A DNA stretch of 64,000 bases from a virus (IMGVR_UViG_3300032213_001264:1555-65554); one strand, 5' to 3'. Positions 18,332 through 25,730 are shown, counted from the first letter of the stretch. Notes: generated by a model from the sequence alone, not told the origin. Made by a program: numbers and translations.

Positions 18332-18700
18332 ATGAAGAACATATGTATAATAGCGGTTATGGCGGTTTTATTTATGGGATGTAGAAAAGTAGATGTATTC
18401 CCTGTACCACAGACAATTAACCCTGAATTAACTATAGCTAGTACTGCTGGTATTAAATTGCAAACTGTATTCGTAACATCTGAGGTTGCTATGAATATAA
18501 AAAGTGATATAGCTCAAACAGTTACAGTTAGAATATTTGATATTGCCAATAAAGTAGTATCAAAAGAAAGCGTAAATGTAAAGGCTGGCGATAATATTGT
18601 AAAAGTATATACAAACGCATTGCCATCATCAGCATATAGAATTGGATTATTTGATGCCAAAGGCAATCAATTAGGAATAACAGACTTTAATAAATTATAA
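18332..18700 (+). CDS. Lipoprotein with T9SS C-terminal-domain-like fold
   Basis: Lipobox FMGC; VRIFDIANKVV..GDNIVKVYTNALPSSAYRIGL..DFNKL. Confidence 0.6.
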   Translation: MKNICIIAVMAVLFMGCRKVDVFPVPQTINPELTIASTAGIKLQTVFVTSEVAMNIKSDIAQTVTVRIFDIANKVVSKESVNVKAGDNIVKVYTNALPSSAYRIGLFDAKGNQLGITDFNKL

Positions 18701-18710
18701 AAATAAAAAA

Positions 18711-19022
18711 ATGGCAGAAGAAGTAGAACAAGAATCAACTGGTAAATCCTTCAAAGGAATTATCATTACTTTGGTAAGCACCGTTACTTTAGGAGTTGGT
18801 GGCTTTATCACAAACAAATTAACAGGAGGCGGAGATGACGCTGCAGCACCAGTACAACAAGCTGCACCAGTAATTAACATCAATAACACTCAGCAACAAA
18901 GCAATAGTGGTGGTGGTAAGACTGTGATCATTAAAGAAAAAGAAACAGTTAAAGAAAAGCCTGTTCCTGCTAAGCCTAAGAAAGAAGCAGACGAATTTAA
19001 AGAGAAACCAGCAGCTTGGTAA
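18711..19022 (+). CDS. Single-pass membrane protein
   Basis: One hydrophobic helix, low-complexity tail. Confidence 0.7.
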   Translation: MAEEVEQESTGKSFKGIIITLVSTVTLGVGGFITNKLTGGGDDAAAPVQQAAPVININNTQQQSNSGGGKTVIIKEKETVKEKPVPAKPKKEADEFKEKPAAW

Positions 19023-19039
19023 TATAAAAAATAAAGAAA

Positions 19040-19657
19040 ATGAATAAAGAGCAACAAAGTTCTAAATTTGCGGATTTACTAAAAGACATAATGACTAAGA
19101 GATGGTACATTACTGCCATGGTATTAGGTCTGTTTATACTAATCACTGCAGGTATATTCGTAGCGATTCTAATTCAAGCACCAATGGCAGCAGCTTGGAA
19201 AGAGTTGTTAATGTTATTATTGGGTGCATTCATCGGTAGCTACGGTAAGATCATTGATTACTATTACTCTGATTCTGACAAAGATAAGATGTTGGTACAA
19301 AAAGCTGACGAAGAAGATGGAGTTTCATTGTCTCACACAAACGATATGAAAGAGACGAACAAGCCAGTAACTCCTTTGATTCCAGATGCGTTTATCGCAG
19401 GAGCTCAAGCCGCTAGAGAATTAGCAGTAGTTGAAAATAAACAAAACTACGATTTAACCAAAGACGAGCAAGAGCACAGACAGATATTAGAAATAGACGA
19501 GCAAGAGCACGAACAAGAAATGGCTAAGTTAAAATTAGAACATGAATTAAAAGCACATAGATACTGTCAACATGAATGGGGAGACTCAGATAACGATGGC
19601 GAATTAGAATGTCAGAAGTGCGGGTTATTGAAAGATCAATTTGATGAAACACACTAA
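19040..19657 (+). CDS. Two-TM membrane protein with C-terminal CxH..CxxC zinc ribbon
   Basis: Two hydrophobic helices; CQHEW..ECQKCG. Confidence 0.7.
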   Translation: MNKEQQSSKFADLLKDIMTKRWYITAMVLGLFILITAGIFVAILIQAPMAAAWKELLMLLLGAFIGSYGKIIDYYYSDSDKDKMLVQKADEEDGVSLSHTNDMKETNKPVTPLIPDAFIAGAQAARELAVVENKQNYDLTKDEQEHRQILEIDEQEHEQEMAKLKLEHELKAHRYCQHEWGDSDNDGELECQKCGLLKDQFDETH

Positions 19658-19668
19658 AATCCAAAAGT

Positions 19669-19908
19669 ATGAATTTTAAACAATGGCTTATCGACCTTTT
19701 TAAAGACGAAAGAGGCGCAACTTCAATCAAACCAGTTATTGCGTTTATTGGTGCGTTATTTCTTTGCGGCACAATGTTAGTAAACTCTTTCTCTCATGCG
19801 GATTTTGCTCCGTCTCCTGAATTGGTAAATGCAGTAATGATTATTACTGGTATTGGTATGGGAGCTGACACCATTGACAAGTTCTCTGCGAAGAAAAAAG
19901 AATCTTAA
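19669..19908 (+). CDS. Small two-TM protein (holin-like)
   Basis: 79 aa, two TM helices, basic C-terminus. Confidence 0.55.
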   Translation: MNFKQWLIDLFKDERGATSIKPVIAFIGALFLCGTMLVNSFSHADFAPSPELVNAVMIITGIGMGADTIDKFSAKKKES

Positions 19909-19910
19909 AC

Positions 19911-19932
19911 AAAAGGGCCGAAAGGCCCTTTT
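19911..19932 (+). terminator. Rho-independent terminator
   Basis: AAAAGGGCC-GAAA-GGCCCTTTT. Confidence 0.85.
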
Positions 19933-19941
19933 ATATAAAAA

Positions 19942-20121
19942 ATGTATATGAATAAAGTAAAAGAAAAATTGTTTTTAGGTTTTGTAAAATTAGCTTTTGC
20001 ATGGACCGTATTCGCTTTAACATTTCAAGTGACTATGTTAACTTTGAGTGTAGTAAAGCCAGAATTAGCAACAAAAATAGGTAACGAATTAACTTGGAAA
20101 TTAGACGGAAGATTCAAATGA
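19942..20121 (+). CDS. Small membrane protein (not in ORF track)
   Basis: 59 aa MYMNKVKEKLFLGFVKLAFAW..; stop overlaps next ATG (ATGA). Confidence 0.55.
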   Translation: MYMNKVKEKLFLGFVKLAFAWTVFALTFQVTMLTLSVVKPELATKIGNELTWKLDGRFK

Positions 20122-20444
20122 TAAAATTAACAGACTTACTAAAAGAAGAAGTAGTAAAAGATAAAGCATTCGAAGAGTTTGCAGATAAAAGAATGTCAGG
20201 CGCTGAAAAGATTGCTGACAACGCACATAAAAAAGGCGGAGTTTCAATGTTAACTTATCATCACTTCATAGTTAAGATGCCTTACTATAAAAAAGCTAAG
20301 GAAGGAAAGCTAGATATCGACGAAGCTAAGAGAGAATTTGAAAAGACTCTAAAGAAGATTTCATTAGGTATGTCTCCAGTAGAATTCCAAAAAGAAGTAG
20401 GTCGTTTAGAAGTACTAGGCGAATTGATTATCAAAAATAAGTAA
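20118..20444 (+). CDS. Hypothetical phage protein, begins MIKLTDLLKE
   Basis: ATG at 20118 coupled to upstream stop. Confidence 0.7.
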   Translation: MIKLTDLLKEEVVKDKAFEEFADKRMSGAEKIADNAHKKGGVSMLTYHHFIVKMPYYKKAKEGKLDIDEAKREFEKTLKKISLGMSPVEFQKEVGRLEVLGELIIKNK

Positions 20445-20445
20445 T

Positions 20446-20670
20446 ATGAAAAAGTTAGTTGTACTTTTATTAGTGTTGGCTAGTTGTACACCTGTTAGAT
20501 ATGTTAACGTTGAAAGACATCATAACTATTACGAAAGACATAGATTCAATACGTACACAGTTCCAGTATGGGTTCCAGGCAGAGGCGCTGTATTACAAAC
20601 TAGAATTATCCGTCCGCGTAAACCTATTGTACATAAACAAATGCCTCCTCGTCCACCAAGAAAAAACTAG
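20446..20670 (+). CDS. Small basic, proline-rich lipoprotein
   Basis: Lipobox LASC; PPRPPRK tail. Confidence 0.65.
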   Translation: MKKLVVLLLVLASCTPVRYVNVERHHNYYERHRFNTYTVPVWVPGRGAVLQTRIIRPRKPIVHKQMPPRPPRKN

Positions 20671-20673
20671 ATT

Positions 20674-21420
20674 ATGAAATTACAATACAAAAAAACATTA
20701 CTAATAGTTGGATTATCTCTATTGTTAACCCTATTCACAATGACCAGCTTGTGTGCTCAAACTGTAGGTAAAACTACAACAGAACAATATAAAGCTTCAT
20801 TTGAAACAAAGATGGATATTAGTCAGTACATGAATTATGATGGACCAACTATTCCAATTCAAATATTGAAATGCGGTATCGGTGAAGAAGTATATGAACA
20901 GTATCCAGAACTAAAAGAAAAAAGAGTTGGTCTTGGTGTTGCTAATATCTCTTTAGAATACTTAGAGAATTTAAACAGATTCACATTCACTGAAGACAAG
21001 ACTGAAATTAAGAATAGAATGGTAAAACAATTCCAAGCATCAGCAGCTGGAATTTCTCAAGATAAATTGGACGGTAGAGGTAAGATTAGATTGGCTCACT
21101 ACTTTGTAGAGATCGAAGTCTACGATTGGTCAGTATCAGACGACGAAGAAGTAAACTTAAAAGATGGAGTTAAGAACACTATGGTAACTCGCTTAGGTCT
21201 ACAAGTAAGATTTACAGACGCAGAGACTGGAGAGATCATAGCAGCTTCTGGTTTAGGTGAAGCAAAAACAACACGAGAGTTAACTTTATTATCTGACGCA
21301 ACAGTAGATCCAGTTAAATTCAATCAATCAACAGTTTCAATAGCAACTAAAAAAGCATTAGATATTGCGTGTTCTCGTATTTTAGCAAGAATGGTTAAAA
21401 AGGGTGTATTCACCAAATAA
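20674..21420 (+). CDS. CsgG-like exported protein
   Basis: Signal peptide; LENLNRFTFTE, GLQVRFTDAETGEIIAASGLGEA pattern typical of CsgG/HfaB-like proteins. Confidence 0.62.
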   Translation: MKLQYKKTLLIVGLSLLLTLFTMTSLCAQTVGKTTTEQYKASFETKMDISQYMNYDGPTIPIQILKCGIGEEVYEQYPELKEKRVGLGVANISLEYLENLNRFTFTEDKTEIKNRMVKQFQASAAGISQDKLDGRGKIRLAHYFVEIEVYDWSVSDDEEVNLKDGVKNTMVTRLGLQVRFTDAETGEIIAASGLGEAKTTRELTLLSDATVDPVKFNQSTVSIATKKALDIACSRILARMVKKGVFTK

Positions 21421-21421
21421 T

Positions 21422-21529
21422 ATGGCAAACGCAAAATCAAAAAAGAGAGCAATGCGCAGTCGTCGCTCTGGTGTTAAGAAAAAACAATTAGTAGATTCTA
21501 ACTTAGCAATCTTAGCTAAATTCAAATAA
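21422..21529 (+). CDS. 35-aa highly basic peptide (not in ORF track)
   Basis: MANAKSKKRAMRSRRSGVKKKQLVDSNLAILAKFK; fills the gap exactly, TAATG overlap with next gene. Confidence 0.55.
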   Translation: MANAKSKKRAMRSRRSGVKKKQLVDSNLAILAKFK

Positions 21530-22911
21530 TGAAAAAATGGCTCGTAACCTTCATTTTAACGGTTATACTATTATTCGCTAATCACGCGAAGGGCCAAACC
21601 TATACTCAAACATTTATAGACAAATGTACAGGCGAAAAGAAAATCGCCACAACTACGTACATAAACGGCAGCGCTGTAGTTTCTTTCTACGGTCAAGTAA
21701 AAACGTTCTCACCATTTGAAATTCAAACAGGTGCATTACAGATTTGGTTAACTCAAACTTATGCGCTCTATAATTCATTGGCATGTCCTGTATCTCAACA
21801 ATCAACAGCTATAATAGCGCAAACTGCGGCAAGCGCAGCAACTCAAGCAGCTTCATCCGCTGCAAGTGCGGCTGCTTCAAGTGCAGCAAGCACTGCGGCT
21901 TCAAATGCGGCAAGTTCAAATGCATCAAGTGCAGCATCCTCAAGCGCATCAACAGCATCGACTTCAGCGACTTCCTCATCACCGCCACCAACCTCTTCGT
22001 CATCCTCGTCTTCTTCCCAGTCTTCATCGTCTTCTGGCTCTTCCTCGTCATCAAGCTCAAGCTCAGAGAGTGGAAGCTCAAGCACAGAAACAAAGACAGA
22101 ATCTAAGCAAGAAACAAAAACAGAAGAAAAGAAAACAGAAAGCAAGAGCGAAGAAAAGAAAGAGGAATCTAAATCTGAAGAAAAGAAAGAAGAATCTAAA
22201 TCAGAAGAGAAAAAAGAAGAAAAGAAAAAAGAAGATAAGAAGAAAGAGGATAAGAAAAAATCTGGAAATGTAAATCCTATGATATTCTCTGCCGACTTAA
22301 GCGTAGCAGAGCAACCGCCTAACAGACAAGTGGTACCAATGATGAATATGGGAATTTCTAAATCTTCCATGACAGGCTTATCCAGCTTTGGTGCAAACGC
22401 AACCGTGTTCTTAGACCTAAGTAAAGTAGCTGTAGGTGGAAGTTATACAAAAAGTCAAGTAAATAGCAGAGGTCAACTAGAAGCATTGCACAACTTCGGT
22501 ACTACATACTTCACCGACTTTGGAAATCACATGATATTCCCAGCGTATACTTACATTCAACCAATAGATAAGCTAATCACAGGATATAATATAAGCGCTA
22601 ACACTGCGTTTATACAAGGAGGATTGACAAATATATCCCCTTCTTTAATTAGCTTCGCCATGTATCCCATAATTGTAGGGAGAAAGACTATAACCCCAGA
22701 TCTATTTATGATAGCTTCTCCGTGGGCTATTTCTTTAAATAGTGGAGTTCAAACTAGAAATAGAGACTTAACATTCTTGACTGGTTTCGCTACAGACTTT
22801 AAAATCACTAGAAAGTTTAAAGTGAATGTTAACTTTAAAATTATGGTAAGCACCGCAAATCAAAGCATACCAATAAGATCTTTCATGATCGGTAGCAAAT
22901 TGAATTTATAA
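21529..22911 (+). CDS. Exported protein with Ala/Ser- and Lys/Glu-rich linker and C-terminal outer-membrane beta-barrel-like domain
   Basis: Signal peptide AKG-Q; SAASAAASS and KSEEKKEE repeats; amphipathic strands in the last ~215 aa. Confidence 0.65.
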   Translation: MKKWLVTFILTVILLFANHAKGQTYTQTFIDKCTGEKKIATTTYINGSAVVSFYGQVKTFSPFEIQTGALQIWLTQTYALYNSLACPVSQQSTAIIAQTAASAATQAASSAASAAASSAASTAASNAASSNASSAASSSASTASTSATSSSPPPTSSSSSSSSQSSSSSGSSSSSSSSSESGSSSTETKTESKQETKTEEKKTESKSEEKKEESKSEEKKEESKSEEKKEEKKKEDKKKEDKKKSGNVNPMIFSADLSVAEQPPNRQVVPMMNMGISKSSMTGLSSFGANATVFLDLSKVAVGGSYTKSQVNSRGQLEALHNFGTTYFTDFGNHMIFPAYTYIQPIDKLITGYNISANTAFIQGGLTNISPSLISFAMYPIIVGRKTITPDLFMIASPWAISLNSGVQTRNRDLTFLTGFATDFKITRKFKVNVNFKIMVSTANQSIPIRSFMIGSKLNL

Positions 22912-23020
22912 TCAATCTGTTATATATAATAAAAAAGAATATTTAAAAAAACAGCTTAAATATTTTTTTATATCAAAACAGTTTCGTATATTACATATCT
23001 ATTCATTAATTAAAAACAAA

Positions 23021-23227
23021 ATGACCATGAAAAAAATCATGTTTGTTTTCGCTTCAGCATTAGTATTGGCTGCTTGCGGAACAGGAAACGGTGAAGCGAC
23101 AGCTACAACTGACAGTGCTACAGTAACTGTAGACACAACTTTAGCAACAACAGATTCGACTGCTGTACCAACAGAAGTTCCAACTGAAGTTACTACTGAC
23201 AAAGCTTTACCAGAAGGAATTAAATAA
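23021..23227 (+). CDS. Small Thr-rich lipoprotein
   Basis: Lipobox LAAC; TDSA/VDTT/TDST repeats as in Bacteroidota small lipoproteins. Confidence 0.75.
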   Translation: MTMKKIMFVFASALVLAACGTGNGEATATTDSATVTVDTTLATTDSTAVPTEVPTEVTTDKALPEGIK

Positions 23228-23311
23228 TCAACTTAATTTCAAGGGGTCAGGGGTCACTACGCCTGGACAGACTACCGTGGAAACGTCTTTTTACTTTTAA
23301 ATTAATAAGTT

Positions 23312-23554
23312 ATGTATATGAGAGTTAAATGCATCAAAGCCGACGATACTAATGTTTTAGTAGAAGAAGCAATATACACAGTTGATGCTGTAACAAGTAA
23401 AGGCAATTACCTTTTAGCTGAAACAAATCCTCCAGAAGGTTTTAACTGCTTTGATAAACATCGATTCAAAATCTTAGAAATCTCTTCTCACGAAGACGAT
23501 TTAATTAATGAATACGGATTTGATGAAGAAGAGCTAGACATTATCTTCTCATAA
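23312..23554 (+). CDS. Hypothetical protein
   Basis: 80 aa, AAGTTATG start. Confidence 0.7.
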   Translation: MYMRVKCIKADDTNVLVEEAIYTVDAVTSKGNYLLAETNPPEGFNCFDKHRFKILEISSHEDDLINEYGFDEEELDIIFS

Positions 23555-23577
23555 TTCATATATTTATATACTCACAT

Positions 23578-23948
23578 GGGGATGCTTTGGAATTGATTCA
23601 CAATTCGGAGGTAATACCACACGCAGAGAGAAGTACTAGATCTCTTTAAATCTGTACAAAACAATAACCGACGAAATGTCAACAATGACCTTCGATTCTT
23701 TAATGGAATTCGTAGGCGCGAACGAGTACGCATTAGCTGCTTAATTAGCATCGGGTGTAACATCCTAGGAACAGAAGTTACAAGCCAAATTTTCTTAGTT
23801 TAGATTAAAATTAAGTGGTGGATATCGTAAGGACCAAAAACCATACGACCCTTTTACTGATCAGCTTAAAACGTAGATCTAAGCGTGTGAGACGTTGGTA
23901 TTATTATTCATTGTGAAGACACGAGTTCGACTCTCGTCATCTCCACCA
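23578..23948 (+). ncRNA. ssrA: tmRNA (transfer-messenger RNA)
   Basis: Acceptor stem GGGGATG/CATCTCC with G3-U wobble, A discriminator, encoded CCA; T arm ACGAG-TTCGACT-CTCGT; tag frame 23670-23744 ending YALAA-stop. Confidence 0.95.
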
Positions 23949-23959
23949 AAATAAAAGTT

Positions 23960-24379
23960 ATGAAATGGATTCTTTCTTTTGTAGTAGGGGTGTTCTTTAC
24001 AATACCCTTAAAAAGTACGATTTACTTTTTTAAGTCTGAGGAAACCGAGATTGTAAAGACTGACACGGTAACGGTGACAACTTATACCACAGATACAAGC
24101 GAAACTGATGAAGAGCCACTAATAACAGCTAGTGGTTTTAAACTTGATTCTCTTAATCCAAAAAGACATAAAATAATCGCGGTAAGTAGAGACTTAAAAA
24201 AGAGATATCCTTTTGGGTCTAAAGTAAAAATAAAAGGATTAGGTAAGAAATATGATGGAGTGTATAAAGTAGAAGACGTAATGCACTCAAGGTGGAGAAA
24301 GAAAATAGATCTACTTATAAATCCGAAAGACAAACAGTTTAAAAAGAGAAGAGTTATAATAACTCCTATTGAAAAATAA
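23960..24379 (+). CDS. 3D-domain protein (putative cell-wall hydrolase)
   Basis: ITASG, IIAVSRDL, FGSKVKI, VEDVM, IDLL; N-terminal hydrophobic segment. Confidence 0.8.
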   Translation: MKWILSFVVGVFFTIPLKSTIYFFKSEETEIVKTDTVTVTTYTTDTSETDEEPLITASGFKLDSLNPKRHKIIAVSRDLKKRYPFGSKVKIKGLGKKYDGVYKVEDVMHSRWRKKIDLLINPKDKQFKKRRVIITPIEK

Positions 24380-24464
24380 AAACACAACTACCTGCCGCTG
24401 GTATAACCAGAGCATGACTTGGATGGCGACTTAGAAAAATTGTAGGTAGTTTGTTTCAATATTA

Positions 24465-24572
24465 AGGTTGATTGGAATGTATCCTTTAACTGTAGAAAGG
24501 GCGGGTACCTCGCGGTTAGAAATGCCAATCGTAAAAGCAGATGTCCACGCACCCATCTTCTGCTTTCCTAAA
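24465..24572 (+). ncRNA. Unrecognised structured RNA, copy 1
   Basis: GATTGG/CCAATC and AAAGCAGA/TCTGCTTT stems; homologous to copy 2 with a compensatory change. Confidence 0.6.
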
Positions 24573-24579
24573 TTTTTTT

Positions 24580-24720
24580 GGGTTGATTGGGGAATGGTAT
24601 AGGTTAGCCTGTTGGTGGCGCTCAAAAAGCATTGGCCGACTATATCGGAGTTTAAACCATCATTAGTAATGCCAATCATAAAAGGAGTTGTCCACTGAAC
24701 CATCCTCTCCTTTCCTAAAT
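24580..24720 (+). ncRNA. Unrecognised structured RNA, copy 2
   Basis: GATTGG/CCAATC and AAAGGAG/CTCCTTT stems; 3' 60 nt differ from copy 1 at 9 positions. Confidence 0.6.
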
Positions 24721-24727
24721 TTAATAT

Positions 24728-24843
24728 GCCGGTGTGGCGGAATAAACAGTGTCTACTGACGAGTAGCATTGAGACGTACCTGATTCGAAGTGGTGGAGTG
24801 ACCGAAAAGGACTCCGTGAGGGTGAAAATCCCTTCCACCGGCA
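24728..24843 (+). tRNA. Aberrant type II tRNA-like RNA (pseudo-tRNA; positional anticodon CGA)
   Basis: Acceptor GCCGGTG/CACCGGC, D stem GCG/CGT with inserted hairpin, variable arm GGAGT/ACTCC, T arm GAGGG-TGAAAAT-CCCTT; anticodon stem poorly paired. Confidence 0.55.
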
Positions 24844-25049
24844 CCGTATTGGTTTAAAAAAAATCAAAAATTAGTAATAGTATTACCGATATTGCGATAA
24901 TTTTAAACTGACAAAGACGTTAGCTGTAAACGTCTTATATAAAATAAACAGGACCATTGGCATTGACGTCTTAAGCTGGTGGTTGGTGGTTGAAGAAACG
25001 CAATACTAAGGGTCTGCAGCCCTAGTCTAAGTATTGTCGCCACCGTAAT

Positions 25050-25122
25050 GCCTTGCTAGCTCAGTTGGTAGAGCAGCTGATTTGTAATCAGCAGGTCGGC
25101 GGTTCAAGTCCGTCGCGAGGCT
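25050..25122 (+). tRNA. tRNA-Thr(TGT)
   Basis: Canonical cloverleaf; anticodon arm GCTGA-TTTGTAA-TCAGC; GTTCAAGTC T loop; no encoded CCA. Confidence 0.95.
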
Positions 25123-25247
25123 CACAAATCGTTCGAACGTGGAACGACGAAGACGGCCATGGCATACCGTAAGATCTGCTTGCTTAATAGCCCCGAATCG
25201 TATGTCGGCGATGTTGGCAACTCATAGGGTAATTTAAAAGTTGTAAC

Positions 25248-25333
25248 GGAGAGATGGTAGAGTTGGTCTATTGCACCTGACTTGAAATCAGGAGACTGTC
25301 ACAGGTCCGTGGGTTCGAATCCTACTCTCTCCG
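25248..25333 (+). tRNA. tRNA-Ser(TGA)
   Basis: GGAGAGA/TCTCTCC acceptor, CCTGA-CTTGAAA-TCAGG anticodon arm, long variable arm, G discriminator. Confidence 0.95.
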
Positions 25334-25336
25334 CAT

Positions 25337-25407
25337 TGCCCTTTAGTATAACGGTAGTACGACTGTTTTTGGTACAGTTTGTTGTGGTTCGAATCCATGA
25401 GGGGCAA
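25337..25407 (+). tRNA. tRNA-Gln(TTG)
   Basis: TGCCCTT/AGGGGCA acceptor, ACTGT-TTTTGGT-ACAGT anticodon arm, GTTCGAATC T loop. Confidence 0.92.
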
Positions 25408-25427
25408 CTCAATTAAAAATTAAAACT

Positions 25428-25685
25428 ATGTTTTTTACTTATTACGTTATATGTGTACTTTATTGCTTCTACCAACTTTTCAATAGATATCAAAAAAGAT
25501 ATAACGATGGAATGATTGGATTGTCTCCAGGACTAGACGCTATTATGGTTGTGATAATGGCTTGGGTACTTGCTCCTATAGATGTATCTTTGACTTGGAT
25601 TAGATGGTACAAAGAAGCTGAACAAGCTAGAATCAATCAAAGTAAATTTGATATTAAAATAGACGAAGAAGACGGAGTCTATTAG
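25428..25685 (+). CDS. Small membrane protein
   Basis: Two hydrophobic segments in 85 aa. Confidence 0.7.
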   Translation: MFFTYYVICVLYCFYQLFNRYQKRYNDGMIGLSPGLDAIMVVIMAWVLAPIDVSLTWIRWYKEAEQARINQSKFDIKIDEEDGVY

Positions 25686-25696
25686 TAGAAATAATT

Positions 25697-25712
25697 GCTG
25701 TTGTTCTTTGAC
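25697..25712 (+). repeat. Left arm of 16-bp inverted repeat enclosing the 25731 gene
   Basis: GCTGTTGTTCTTTGAC pairs with GTCAGAGAACAACAGC (26014-26029): 15 Watson-Crick + 1 G-U. Confidence 0.85.
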
Positions 25713-25730
25713 ATATAGGAGAAATAAACC

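Noticed and set aside
21783-22370. Several overlapping ORFs around the Ser/Ala and Lys/Glu-rich segment
   Set aside because: Artefact of low-complexity, stop-poor sequence inside the 21529 gene
24465-24720. CRISPR array interpretation of the tandem repeat
   Set aside because: Only two long degenerate units with unequal inserts; no regular repeat-spacer period and no cas genes
24431-24844. 137-aa minus-strand ORF across the ncRNA island
   Set aside because: Region is better explained by + strand structured RNAs with covariation; opposite to all neighbouring genes
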